DNA of 64,000 nt from Tubulanus polymorphus (taxonomy: Eukaryota > Animalia > Nemertea), in NCBI RefSeq assembly GCF_964204645.1, contig NC_134028.1:24300345-24364344 (forward strand). Direction: 5' to 3'. A model generated the notes under the pieces. That model was not told the origin of the DNA. It saw only the letters and a list, made by a program, of their open reading frames with translations, and did not search any database. Position numbers and translations under genes: made by a program. Within the stretch, counting starts at the first letter, position 1. Every line of letters starts with the position of its first letter. Shown one piece after another: positions 11,888 through 25,420 of the stretch.

Positions 11888-13613
11888 TCACAGCGCTGTA
11901 TCCGGGAATTTTTTTGCTTGAGCTCGTACGCGTCGTTCGTATTCGTTTTTGTCTTGACTGAAAAAGATTAAATTACGTGAATTCAGCCGAGAAAATACAA
12001 CGTTCATCGATGTCCTATGATACAATACACACCAGTAAATAGTGTAAGCCTCGGCCTGAGCCGGATCTTTGATATTTGGGTCGTTTAAAAGATCCTGGAT
12101 TCCCAACAAAATCTGAAATATTAAAAAACACCATTCGATAAAGATTTGTCCTTACTATTTTGACGCCGTAAAAACCGTTACAATAATGTTTAAATATCGT
12201 GAGTCGATGTGCACTTCATCATCAATATCGTGAGTCGATGTGCACTGCATCATCAATATTGGTGTTTGAAAATAACGATAACTATCGTGAATTTTGGCGT
12301 TTATTTTGCAAAAATAATTTAGTTTTTCACTTATCTATTACCTGTTTTATAGTGACGGCTGGTCGCCAATCTTTATCCTCGTCCAACAACGACAGACAAA
12401 CTGTCCCCGATGGATAAACATTCGGATGAAACAACGGCGGATCAAATTTACCTTTAAAGATAATCATCCAAAAAAAGAAAACCAGTGGATTTACATCCAA
12501 TTTTCACCGAAAATTTCAACAAAACTCATATTCGTAACTCACATTTAGGTGGAGTTGTCGGATAATCATCTTTGAAAATCATTTTCAATTTGTACAGTCC
12601 GTTTTCCCAAGGCGTCTGCAAATATCAGATGGAAGAAAGACTTCATACTTAAAACATTCCTGCAACCATTAACCCTTTCAGTGCTGACTAATTAATACCC
12701 TATAGTGCTAGAGAAAATTTGAAAATTCTAAAAAATTCCACCCTAGTGTGTTATACAATGGGAATACCACTATAGTGCGTCTACACCGCAGTGCGGTGTA
12801 TCGTTAGTTACTAGTATTTCACTATGCTTGACACTTGCTGCCATTTTTCAATAGAGATAATTACAAATTACATCAATACACCGCAGTGCAGTGTACTAGC
12901 AAAATCCATCACTGATTTATACACCGCACTGCGGTGTAGACGCACTGAAAGGGTTAAACATAACAAACGAAGATGTACATACGCCTTTCTTTCCCGGGAT
13001 AGCGCATTCCCACTCTTTATTATTCAGAGTGCCATCATCCTGCTTAGTCGGTCGAGCCACGAAGCCCTGTAAAAATTAGATCATTTAGGTTCATTAAATC
13101 GTAGTAACATTAAAACCCACTGTACTTTATACAAATTCAAAAGGTAAAACGCAAAATCTTTTTATCAAAAATTGAAAGCAGAGGACACCAGGTCTTTCCC
13201 TTGAGACCATTGTCTTTCCCTTGAGACCATTGTCAGGTGCAAAGGAATGACTAATAACAGGGGTATATGTATATATACACTGGAGATTAATTGACTGATT
13301 AGACAATAAATGGTTCACAAGGCATGGGTAGTAATATACATGAAGAATATTACAATACTTGCTATAACAAGCACTAAAGAATTTGTGAATATTCAGCGAG
13401 TCAGGGAAAAATGATTATAACTGTATTATAGCATGAGTTCACTGGGGTTTGAAGCCACCACCTCTTGGTTGTGAGTCAAACATCCCAACCACTGAGCCAT
13501 TTAAGACGGGACAGATTGCGGCTGAGGGTTGGGATTATATAACTTACAAATGGATGATCTTTTCTCCAACATTTTCTCTCTTCTATTAAACGTCCGACTG
13601 CTATTCCTGCCAT
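11888..13613 (-). CDS. UBE2I: SUMO-conjugating enzyme UBC9 (6 coding exons)
   Basis: Minus-strand exons 13613-13548, 13066-12983, 12615-12543, 12451-12342, 12112-12033, 11957-11888 give [28 protein letters not shown]...[52 protein letters not shown]...[10 protein letters not shown] probable non-coding first exon ends at 14061. Confidence 0.97.
12673..12953 (+). mobile_element. piggyBac-type MITE, copy C (UBE2I intron)
   Basis: TTAA-CCCTTTCAGTGC...GCACTGAAAGGG-TTAA; same family as copy A. Confidence 0.9.
13440..13500 (-). mobile_element. Decayed tRNA-derived SINE head or tRNA pseudogene
   Basis: Minus strand reads TGGCTCAGTGGTT (A box)...GACTCACAACCAAGAGG...GGCTTCAAACCCC (degenerate B box). 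Stems are imperfect, so not an intact tRNA. Confidence 0.55.
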
Positions 13614-14060
13614 AGTCTTCTGAAGAAGAAAATAAATATGTATTTAATTATTCGTTATTGCACCTGACCTGGCCTGAGTGCACCGCACCAAGATGTTGCC
13701 AACTAGTTACACGGAAACTTGAATGGGCAGGGGACACCTCGACATGCCATATGCCTTGCGGCACATATTAGGGGGTTCTCCGCCATTTGTCTCTCCTTCC
13801 AAACGGCCCTAATATTGCAAAAATATCAGTCTAGTATAATATATAAAGCCTCCAAATAATAAGAGTTCATTCAAAACCTTTAATAAAAAAAATAAAGTAA
13901 AATTCAAATCAATAAGCATTGTGGAGATTATGATCAATTATTACAACGTATTTAACTCAAACTCGATAATCTAAGCTCCCTCTTTACATCAATCAAATAA
14001 TAAGCTTGAACTATAAAACTGGTGAAATCGTTGTTTTACGGATATTCACACATTTAAATA

Positions 14061-14320
14061 CCTTTTTTGTACCGGGATTTATTGATCAACAGTGGGAAAT
14101 CGCTCTCTACGACAGTCCAGGTGGCGCTTCTTTACGGAACTGAAATTAAACAACGCGGGTTTACTTTTTCATTTTTATTTTCAATTTATAGAATTCTTTC
14201 ATATGAATCAAAATATAATAGTAGGCCTATCGTTTGAATTCAAAAAGAAAATAACAAGATCGAAATTAATATTTACTATTTAGCTAAAGGTCATATGACG
14301 TGTGGACAAAATGGCGGCGC
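14061..14320. promoter_or_regulatory. Compact bidirectional promoter region between UBE2I and MINPP1
   Basis: Minus-strand splice donor at 14060 and MINPP1 ATG at 14311. YY1-like AAAATGGCGGC overlaps the ATG; CTCF-like CCAGGTGGCGC near 14117. Confidence 0.5.
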
Positions 14321-17300
14321 CCATAAAAGTTTGCAAAACGTCAAACTTCGACGTAAGAATGCCGAGAACGTGGCGATCGATGATTCTATTCGGCACTGTT
14401 TGTTTCTTATTGATAAACTCGAGTGTAGAAGATGTATACGAGGAAGATGACGATTATAGGGATTTATATATAGCCATGGGAACGAAAACTAGTTACAAAT
14501 TTATTCTAGAAAAACGAAAACGACGTCAACAGACTGATGATCACCGGCGATCAGACGAGAAAAGGTTTGAGACTGGTTCCAAGTGATTTTGTAGATCTTG
14601 CCCCAAAATTTTTGGGTCTCACTGCAGTTTAGGTCACCTTTCCACTGAGTTAGCCTAACTGAGTGGCACTCCACTTGACTAAGTGTTATTAGAGAAGAGT
14701 GTTATGGTTAGGTTAGGGCAGGCATAGTCTGAATACCAGTCGTTGTTACGGTTCCCTTCAACCGTAAGTTGTACCGTACCTACCGTACCTGATTGTTTCA
14801 GGAACAACGGCTAGGTACTAGACTAGGGCAGGCACTACATAACCTTAGGCCGGACATCTAAAGTGCAGTCGCTCTGTCCTGTCTCCTTTTTGTCCTGCGC
14901 AGTTGTTGTCAGTGCTTGGTTGCCTCACGTCAACGCATTGAGAAGCAACAGAGCACCGGGGCTCAAAATCCACATAATATCACACTCATTTCATTTTCAA
15001 TGAGGCTGCTATTTTTGATATCGGATAATTCTCATTTTTGCAAAAACATCTACAACTGAAAATCTCTGGGTTAATCAGATGCTTTATCTATCAATATGTG
15101 ATTCATTGAAAAATGAATAAATTGTATTTAAAACCTAAATTGTCTCCGATTCACAATGTAATGCGTTCTAATGCGTATTTATTTACACGTTTCTAAATAT
15201 TTCAGTGATTTGTATCGTGGAGGGATGTTATACGCGTCAAACCCGGCGGCCGATCTCCCGAAATTCTGTCGACCCGTTCACGTGAACGTCGTACTGCGAC
15301 ACGGAACGCGTTTCCCGAGCGCGAAAACCGGCCGCGTTCTACGTTCGTTCGTCGACGAATTCGGCGATAAAATCACGAACCCGATTTATAAAGTTTTCCG
15401 CAACTGGACGCCGATGTACGCCGGCGATCAGGTGAAATTACTGAGCGGGGTCGGGCGCAAGGAAATGAAGGGACTCGGAAAACGATTATTCACGAAGTAT
15501 CGATCGTTATTCGAAACGCCCGACGGCGGCGGCGATGCGGAATACGACGATATCCGCGAGATCATCTCGTACGCGTCGAGCGACTTACCGCGTACGCAAA
15601 ACAGCGCGAAATATTTCATGAAAGGGATGAAAGAAGCGCTGTATCTGCCGAACGATTTTAATTTCAACGTCGCAATCGAGAGCGACAGTCTGCGGTTCTA
15701 CGATCGGTGCACGAAGTTCGTCGATTCGGTCGAAAGGAATAAAACGGCTTTCGCAGAGTTTAAAAAGTATAAATTCGGTGACGAAATGCGGAGTTTAGCT
15801 TTGAAAGTCGCGGAACGACTCGGAATCGACGCCGATCTATTTTTAGAAACTGGTAAGTCCATAAAAAGTCTAAAATGGATCTACTGTTGTACTGCATTTG
15901 AACTGGTCAGGGGCCCTTAAAGAATATTTGATTGTCAGCAAATAATCAGCATTATCAGCTAATGTCTATTTCAACCTGACTTGAGAGCATTCCGGATGGC
16001 CTAGCTCACTCATTTTTGGCAGTACATACCTGATAAAGGTCTTAGTAGGACCAGAAAGGACTGGCAGTCGACCTAAATCAACATTTTTTAATCCATTTGA
16101 AACTGTATTGAAGGATATATCCAAAAAATCTTTATTGAAAGGGGTTCATGAGTAAAAGTACTTTAGGCACGGGTTTTATCAGCGAACTCGAGCTCTCAAG
16201 TCAAGTTGAAATAGACATTAGAATAGAATTAGGTGCATTATGTACTATTGATATGTCATCAGCTCATTGAATACCTACACAATTATGAACCGCAATCACA
16301 CAAGCCTTTTTGCTAAGTTTGTTCCGAGCAATCATTTTTAGCACGGGTCAAATTATTGCGTGTCAATTGCAATTGGTTACATGCCCTATGTTTTTAGACT
16401 TGAGAAAATATTGTTAATAAAAGACTTTCATTTTCGATTGATGTTTTCAGATTTTGGAGTAACGTTATGGAATATGTTTGTGATGTGCAGCACTGAAGCG
16501 TCTGAGATCGGGAGATCATTGTGGTGTGAATTGTTTGATGACGAAGATGCTCTAATCTTAGAATATAGATCTGATCTGAAGGTAAAAGAAGATAGTTTCA
16601 TAAGGGGATACAGGGTGGCCACTGACCGGGAAAAACTCAAAAGAATCAGAAAAATCAGACTTGGATGTGCGATTTGCCACTTGTTTCTTTATCAGTACGT
16701 GGATTCACTGAAAAGTTAATAAATTGTAACATTTTAAACCATGAAATTCCTCGAATTCACTCAGATTCGAGTTTAGCGTTAGGAAAACTCATGGAATTTG
16801 TAAATTCATCCTTGATATGATCTTCACATAGAATGTTTCATCTGTACTTTTAAATCGACATTTTGTTTCAGCATTACTATAAATGGTCTCACTATCCAGT
16901 TTCCTACATGCAGAGCTGTCCACTGTTGAAAGACGTTATGACTAATCTCGATGAGGCCGTTATTGGTTCAGCTACCAATCACGTGTAAGTTAAACATTTT
17001 CTAATATTGGGTATCATTTTGCAGACCGGAACGTTCAGACATTCACTGTTGTAACATGAAATGTGGACGATCAGTTTTTGAAAGTTTGCTGATAAAATGT
17101 CTAATGTGTGTGGTTTTAGTTAGTTCAATTAGAAATGTGAAGTACTGATACGTGTGAAGTGCGCGGATGATCTGTTTTGGAAAGTTGACCCTAACCCCCT
17201 TCAGCCGTGAACCCACCCCTTTACGAATTTACTATTGTAGTAGGATGGCCACTGACCTGGAAAATTCAGTGAATCTGAAAAATCTAGTAAAAGATTTGTA

Positions 17301-17941
17301 AATGGATGGAAATTGGCGACCCTGTGTAGTGTGTATCTAATCTCTAATGTCTGGTGTTTGAAGTTCAGTTTCGATTAGAAATGTCAAAAACCGGAGTATT
17401 GATTGTCTGAGAGGATGCAGGGTCCAGGCAGCTGATTGATACTCGCATTATAACAAAAAAATTATATTGTGAGATTCTTGTTCATATTCTCAAGTCTTTA
17501 TTTTCTAATTTCAGTTATAAGAAAGCCGTGCTACGTTTCGGTCACGCTGAAACTCTCAATCCATTTTTTACTCTTCTCGGATTAGTAAACGATTCGAATA
17601 TACCTCGCGCCGATAATTTAAAGTCCATTCCGGATAGACTTTTAAAAACGAGTAAAAACACTCCGTTCTCCGCTAATATCGGCGTGATTTTACACCGTTG
17701 CGATTCCCATGACGAACTTCACCCTAAAGACATTCCGAAAGATGCAAGATGGCCGACAAAATTCGAACCGTACATGGTTGAATTTGTCCACAACGAGCGA
17801 AGACTTAAACTTCCATTTTGTGATCACGATATTTGCCCTTACACGGTTATGAAGAAGTTCTATCGCGATATAACGATTAACTGTCAGTTTGAAAGTATTT
17901 GTGATATTAAAAAACCGGCTTCAGAAAAGGATGAATTATGA
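14311..17941 (+). CDS. MINPP1: Multiple inositol polyphosphate phosphatase 1 (histidine acid phosphatase, ER-retained)
   Basis: Exons 14311-14564, 15206-15852, 16451-16581, 16871-16984, 17515-17941. Hydrophobic leader, RHGTRFP catalytic motif, LRFYDRC, FGHAETL, PFSAN, C-terminal KDEL. The start may instead be the ATG at 14359. Confidence 0.93.
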
Positions 17942-18673
17942 AAAGGGATAGGTTCTTCAAATTAGCATAATAACTTTGTACGGACCTTAAAGAACCTTCC
18001 AGTAAAGATGACCGTTCTGGAAGGTTTTACTTAATATTCCAGTGATAATTTTTTGTACTTGAAGTGGTTATGTTCATTTTAGATTTCTTGATTTTTGATC
18101 TCTTATATACCATTATCCGTCAGCTTTAAATAAAGCATTTAAAAATCTATCGTAATGTAACCGTTTTTTATTCTTGTTTGACGATGTTTTTGGAATTTTA
18201 TGAGCCGTTTCGTATACTTCTAATATATACTTGGTTTGAAAACTTGAATATTTTGAATGAAACTTATTTGAAGTAATCACGTATAGGAAAAACAATGCTG
18301 GGCTAGGCTAAATTAGTCCTACCATTCACCGCTTATTATATACACGGTGGCAGCACATAACAGTCAACATCTCACTTGGATCTAAGTTCCTTCTGTGGCA
18401 CGCGACCTAAGCAAGTCGCCTCCCTGTGCGTGCAAATTCAATTCACCCTTGACGGATAGAAACAATGAAAAGCGTAATGGCTAATTCCCTGTGCCGCATT
18501 TCATTATTCGCTTCCAGTCTCTTGTTGTTTCAGCCTTACGGTTCAGACGACCAAAAGCATGAGGCAAATCTCAATAAATTTGGAATTGAAAATTGAATTG
18601 CCTGCCGTACTCGCTTCTCTGTGCACGTCTCCAGTGTTGTTAGCGATTGGAGACATCCGGGTACGCGTGATTG

Positions 18674-18701
18674 TGACGTCACGTATCTAAACCCGGAAGT
18701 G
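18674..18701 (+). promoter_or_regulatory. CRE plus ETS motif pair upstream of ZFAND4
   Basis: Perfect TGACGTCA (18674-18681) followed by CCGGAAGTG, ~480 bp upstream of the ATG. Confidence 0.45.
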
Positions 18702-19173
18702 AATACCAGGAATGTCATCAAAATAATGAGAAAAATATTATTAGCGTTTTTCTACGGATAACAACGAAGACGCCTTCTAAAACCGTAGCATTTCTCAACA
18801 TGCGAACAATAGACTCATATGAGGAATAACTGCTGGGTCGCACAGTGTCGTAATCTTAGCTGGCTTGAAATAATGTGTAGTCGACGCGGGCGGTCTTCAG
18901 ATCCTCGACCACCGCCGCGGCGAAAACCAAACCTGATGCTATAATAGAGCTGGAATTCATTTTCATCCTCATTTTTCGTACCTCATACCGATAATTTTTC
19001 TGCTGTTATTTCATTTCTGTTGCTGACAGCGAAATGGTCAACTCTACCGGTGGTGGTCACGATTTATGTAAAAGAACCGGCTTTGTTGTTGTTCTTGGAT
19101 TATATTCGGGATTTGGTTGGATTTTAGCGTAAAAATTGGAATAGATAAAACACAAAGAAACTGAATAAGCGTC

Positions 19174-22100
19174 ATGCCGATCATGGAGTTATTCATCGAA
19201 ACTCTAACGGGAACGGCGTTCGAACTGAGGGTTTCACCGTTCGAAACAATCATGTCGGTTAAAGCTAAAATTCAGCGTTTAGAAGGTTCGTATCTTATTG
19301 AATAATTTCCATAGTGATAGAAAGATAAGATTTTAAAAATTTATAGATTAGCGTCAGAGGGGTGATGTGAAAATGACAGGGATGGTCGCCTCTTTTTAAA
19401 GCTTTTGCCTGCGATGTGCAACTTTATATATTATTCGACCTTACAGGAATTCCGATTTCGCAGCAACACCTCATCTGGCAGTCGACTGAATTAGAAGACG
19501 ATTACTGTTTACACGATTACAGCATACACGACGGTGCTACGTTAAAATTAGTTTTACAAATGAGAGGCGGTCCGATTAATACCAGGCGCAGTAAGTTCTT
19601 GTCTTAAGTCACAAACTCACAGTTTTAACAAAAAAGTTAAATTTAAAGTATTACTTGAAATAGTTTTCAACTCGTCGAGGATGATTTCAATGACTTTTTG
19701 GTTTTAAGTCCGGTTGTTGTTGTTTTTAGTTGCAGTTGATGACCCGGCGCTGCGAGAAATGGCCGAATACATGGAAGCGAATCGCGACGAAATATTCGAG
19801 AAATTACCGTCCGGAAATCGTCAGGTGACGCTTCTCGTCTTCCGCGAAGGAGATCAGTTAAACTTCTTCAGAGTCGTCGATCGCGGCGACGGAACTTTGA
19901 CTCCTCTTTCCGAATCATTCAGGTACGTTCTTAATTCGTTCAAATCTATGCGGAGAGGGTCGGTAACGAAGTGGTCACTCAAGTCGACTAAGATCCGATC
20001 AGATCCATCTGATTTTAAGCAGTCAAATCTGCGATTTTTTTTATAACTTATAGTTCTATTCCCTAGGACTGGCCGTAGCCAATCAATGACAAGTTTTGCG
20101 TCACGTGATTTGGCATTCGTAATTGACAATTCTATTTAAGAGAGTTGAAACTTGTAAAATCTAATCTGAAAAACCTACCTTTTTAGACAGTAAATGACCC
20201 TTTTAATGTGGTAATGTCTGTTTTGTTTTTTTTATAACGTTAAATCCGGGAGGTATTATTTTAGTATAGTTGTGCATTATGATTATAAATGTTATATATG
20301 ATAGTAATAATTGTAGCGTTTTCCTTCGTGAAAATTCAGAATTAGTTTTCATCAATTTTCAGGGTATAATCATCATTATTTCGCTATCAATCTTCTTTTT
20401 TCCTATTTCAAACGAGTTCCATCAATTTCTTGTCACATCTTGAATTCTTATATTTATTTTCTACTTCGGTTTATTTAAAGTGGGACATCGGTTTATAATC
20501 TGTACGATGAAGACGACGATGACGAATGTCCGACTAAAGAAAAACTAGAGGAGAACGATAAGCTGAAAGAGAAAATGATCTCACTTCGCAGTAAAATGGA
20601 AACTCTTACTATTCAGAAAAAGGTAGAGAAAATGTTTGGAAAACTGGCCTTTTCATTGTTATTACAAAAAGTTTTTAGAATACAGGCTTCAGTAATGTGA
20701 TGGTTGGGACTAATGAGTTTAAATGAGTTCATTGCCTTTATTGTGTAAACTGTGTTGGATATTAGGGATCTTTGGCGCATTAGGTCTGAGTTGAGAATCA
20801 GGGAACTCGGTAGTGTTGAAACTGCTGTCTGTAAATATTTCACCGAGTTGAGAATCAGGGAAACAGAAGGTTTTATTCAATGAAGATTTCAGTAAAATTC
20901 ACCGACTAGAGTCTAATCGAAAATTCTTTTTGCTCTTCTACGCGGTCCACGTTACAAAGAACATTCGGTGCGAACAAATTTGATAAGCTTTATCATTCTT
21001 AGAAGAATTGCCGAAATATGGTGTTAATATTTCCAGGAAAAACAACTTTTCGTAATCGGGTCTCCTTGAATGAATTAAATTACCAATCCTTTGTCTGGTT
21101 TCGTTGATTACTAGTTGAATGTAACTGCACCACTGAGCTGCTCCTGGTGGTGTTGTGATATACCGGTAATCTCTTTGTTCCAATCAAAGTCTTTTGTTTC
21201 GATGAATCCTTTGTTGTGACTGTCATTATGAACTGGGCGGAAGCTTTCATTAGTGGATTAATCTAAAGTATGCTAAGTAAACTCACCGCACAGTATTGTG
21301 TCACATGTTTTATAATTGAGGTCAATAACGCCGTTATAAAATACGCAGATAAAACTCCTGGATATATATCTAGCAAGTATTATATGAAAAGCAATTACGA
21401 AACCTTGTCATCTGACAGACGTCATTACAATGTTGAGGTTATTATTACTTTTATGTATTAGCGTATTCTAATTTCGTTATTGCAATTCAACCTCAAACTA
21501 CTCTAATCAAAGACTATTTTTAGCCGATATCGGGAGTGATTTGATTACTTTTCATTTTCAAGGACTCGCCTCGCATCCCCTTGAAATGAATGATACATGA
21601 ATATGGTATAGTCTTACGTATGTACCATAAATTAGATGAATGGAGGATGGATGAAAATATTTCCCGCGTTGTTTAATACCTGTCACATCTGAAACACAGT
21701 TGTACGAAGTTTTGACTCGATAAAATGACAAAAACCGAACGAGCTCACTGCGAAACTGGGCGTACCCGGAAATTTGGAATCCCGGATTCACCGCTGTAGA
21801 ACTGGGGCCCACGCTAGAAATATGAACAGGGTCCAAAAATTCATTCGATTCTAACTGAAATGTATAGTCAGAAATTTAAAAAGCGTTAACCCTTACAGTG
21901 CGTCTACACCACAGTGCGGTGTACGAATCAGTGATGGATTTTGCTAGTTCACCGCACTGCGGTGTATTGATGTAATTAGTAATTATCTCTCTCGAAAGCA
22001 CCTGTCAAACATTGTGATGTGAATATTAGTAACTAACGATATACTGCGCCAGGGTGTAGACGCACTATAGTGCTATTCCCGTTATTCAACACACTAGGGT

Positions 22101-25100
22101 GGAATTTTTCAGAATTTTCAAATTATCTTCAGCACTATAGTGTATTAATTAGGCAGCACTGAAAGGGTTAATCAATCGTTCAGAACCATGGAAACCATGT
22201 TGTAATTGTTTAATTTGTCTAAGTGATTAGATTTGTAGATTTATTCATCACGTTTTGATCATTTCAGCCGAAGAAGAAAGTGCGACCGGTTTCGGGAAGT
22301 CGACCGAGTAGTCGCGGTCGGCTGCGTCATATACCGAGCGCGACCGCGTTAAACATGCAACAACCGTTGAATCCGAATCCGTGTTTACCTCCGGTCGGTA
22401 GCGTACTGTCGGGACTCGGGGGCGGCGGCGGGGCCGGTGGGGCTGTCGACGATACGCTGTCAGTATTACCCGCGAAATACTCATCACCGTCGACACCGGT
22501 CGATAAACTAGCCGACGTTGACCAGTCGCCGGACGATCCGAGCGAACACGCCGGCGTGATGCTGCCAAAAATCATCGGCTCATCATCGGAGATTCCTTCG
22601 AAATATGGACTATACAGCGTGAACGAGGACCGCACGGTGTCGCCATCTACCTCCGCGCATCGGACTCTACTACGAGCTAAAAATACGACGGAGGAGATCG
22701 CGCGAAATAAACGTTTACTGCGACGTCCCGCATCGACGAACGAAGCGCCCCCTGCTGGTGATACGACGCAGAGCGCCGATCGTCGCGTTAAAGAGCTCAA
22801 AAACTCGACATTCCCTCCTCCGCCGTCAGCGTCGTCGTCGTCGAGCTCGTCACGCCGCGGTAAAGATCTGACTTTAGAAAGCATCAAAGAGTCGTTGCGT
22901 ACGGCGCGCGAACGCAACAAACGCGGAGCCGACCTTAATTTAGAATCGATACGCGAAGCTCTAGGTCGTCGTGGAGCGGGTGGCTCCACGGCGGCGTCGG
23001 CGGCTAGCGACAACGTCGACTCGACGACATCCGCCAAACAGAAGAAAGAATTCACGATCGAAAGTCTGTCGACGACCGAGGCTCGCGCGATGTCCGGACT
23101 GTTGCGTCAAGCGTCGATCGAACGGCTCGGCTCGTCTCGTATCAGCGGTAATTTCGTCGCGAGCGCGAACAAGTCGCGTTACGCGGCGACGGGGAACCGT
23201 GGCAACACGGCGTCGACGTTGAAAGACGGCACACGTATCGTCACTCCTGACGCACGACTTATGGTGAGTCGAATTTTTTTCTATTTCGAATGATGAACAT
23301 TTTTTGTTTATCTGACACTGAAAACAGTGAATTTTTAACAGCCTGCCCTTGACCCCACCCCCTTCAGATCTCGACACAACCCTTTCACTTAGTGTAGCCT
23401 AAAGTGCGGGAAATCAGTTGTTGAAACTGTGCTATTAAGATGTCTATTGTCTGGCATTTGTAGATTATACTCAATTATAATCAAGTCTCTGGACGATCGA
23501 AACTAGTGATGAAGTATTGAAGTATTGAGTATTGGGTTCGGGATTCCGGCAGCAGAACGATACCTGCATAATTAATTCAATAATAATAAAAAACCTAAAA
23601 GGCTTCGGAGTTTGCTTATCATACCATATTTTGAAGCTAGCAATTGTTTTCTAATATATCTTTAGAATGACGAATTAGTTCCGTTTTATATGCGTTGAGA
23701 AACTGAGCACGGATATTTACAAATGCTTTGTTCCTATTTTGAAACTATAATTCTTTTGTCAATTTCGAAATCTGTAATAGCCAAAATAATGAAACCGGCC
23801 CAGTTGTTTATTTCCGATCGAGGAATCGCGGTATTTAGAAACGCTCTGCTGTCCTCGTGAAATTATATTTAACGTCTTACGTGCCATAAATGAGAATATT
23901 TCATGTGACAACTACCAGTTTCGACACAATATAGAACAACATTGTTTTGAAGTCATAGTTAACCACGGAGCGTAGAATACGTTTCATTCGTGACAACGCG
24001 ATTTAATTTTCCCAAACTTTCCCTAAACCTAACTCACCAAACCATATACATACACCCCATAAACATATTCTAAACACTGATTACTTTTGTACATGGATCA
24101 GTGATTTTTTTGCGAATTTCGTTCACAGATTTCTTCGTATATGTCAATTTATGTTTCGTCCGGCTAGGGTCACTTGCGCAGCTGGTGTCTCTTTCTTTAG
24201 TATTTTGATCATTTTCCCAACTTGTTTACTAATAATACTGTAGAACTATAGAAAAGTTAATACAAGGTTCAAGTGCTAATAACCCACGCCTGGCTAGTTT
24301 TATCTAGGCCTATAGTTTATTGAAGCCCTGTGAACATCTTCTGTCTTATGTATTCTAAGTATTGTCCATGACAAAATTTATTACAAAAGGTTCTCACTTC
24401 ACAGATGCGTTCATTCAATAATCTAGATTTTAGTTTTATTTCGCAATCACTCCAGTTCGAAGTGTTTGGTTTCTTCTGTAAGATGTTCCAAAAGCCATAG
24501 TCAAGCATTTTTGTCATTTGTTCCTTGAAGTGACTCCTCACCTCGCTTGCCACAGCATTGTTTTGCTAGCATTTTGATAAAGAGTTAGTGATTTGCGTGT
24601 GAACGCGTTTCTTACGCCCATTTTCTCATGAGTCCCAGCTGAGGGAGGATATCCCAAATAGAAAAAACTACCCGTTCTAGCAAACATACTTTCCAGTTAC
24701 CTGATGTTCGTTGTAATGAGGTTCGACTAGTTGGTTGGAAAATTGCACTATCGATTTTTTCATTTAAACATGATTGACACAAAAAACCAATTTCAGGATG
24801 ATATTTTGTTGTTACGATGTTTGTATGTTCACGGTTGATAAATCGGTATATTTCAGTCTGCCCACCTGCAGCGTTTATCAGCAAGTCGTGACGGTCGACT
24901 GCCTTCTCCTACGCGACGACTGCCACCCGTTAAAACGAAGAAGAAAAGTCACAAGCGGTGCTTTTTATGTGGCAAGAAAACCGGTCTGGCCACCTCCTAT
25001 CAGTGCAGGTAGGTTTAAAACTAGGATTCCAGTTGTGGTGAAGTGAATATCCACCTGGTCGGTCTGATGAGTAAACACTCAGTTTTTGGTTTCAATCACA

Positions 25101-25420
25101 TACACAGTCTATTTCTATCACATACAACTGAACTGATACTCACTGTATGTTAGCCACTGCGCTGTCATCATATTAGTTCAAAAGAAGTCTTAAATTTCAA
25201 GTCTAAACTCTAGTTGTTAGATTTATGTAATTATTAAACTCGTTATTTGACTCACTATGAACTCATGTTATTATTGTTATTCAGGTGTGATAACAATTTC
25301 TGTGCTAACCACCGCTACGCCGAGGCTCATGATTGTACGTTCGACTACAAGACAGAGGGTCGTAAACTACTAGAACAAGCTAACCCGGTGGTCAGCGCGC
25401 CGAAACTACCGAAAATATAA
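19174..25420 (+). CDS. ZFAND4: AN1-type zinc finger protein 4 (ubiquitin-like plus AN1 finger; ANUBL1)
   Basis: Exons 19174-19285, 19447-19590, 19730-19922, 20481-20622, 22268-23263, 24857-25008, 25285-25420. N-terminal MELFIETLTGTAFELRVSPFETIMSVKAKIQRLEGIPISQQHLIW...LVLQMRGGPINTRR; C-terminal CFLCGKKTGLATSYQCRCDNNFCANHRYAEAHDCTFDYK...APKLPKI. Confidence 0.95.
21890..22167 (-). mobile_element. piggyBac-type MITE, copy D (inverted, ZFAND4 intron)
   Basis: Reverse complement of copies A-C, TTAA on both sides. Confidence 0.88.

Noticed and set aside
22248-23377. Long antisense and alternative-frame ORFs (22327-23055 and others)
   Set aside because: Shadows of the GC-rich, low-complexity ZFAND4 exon.
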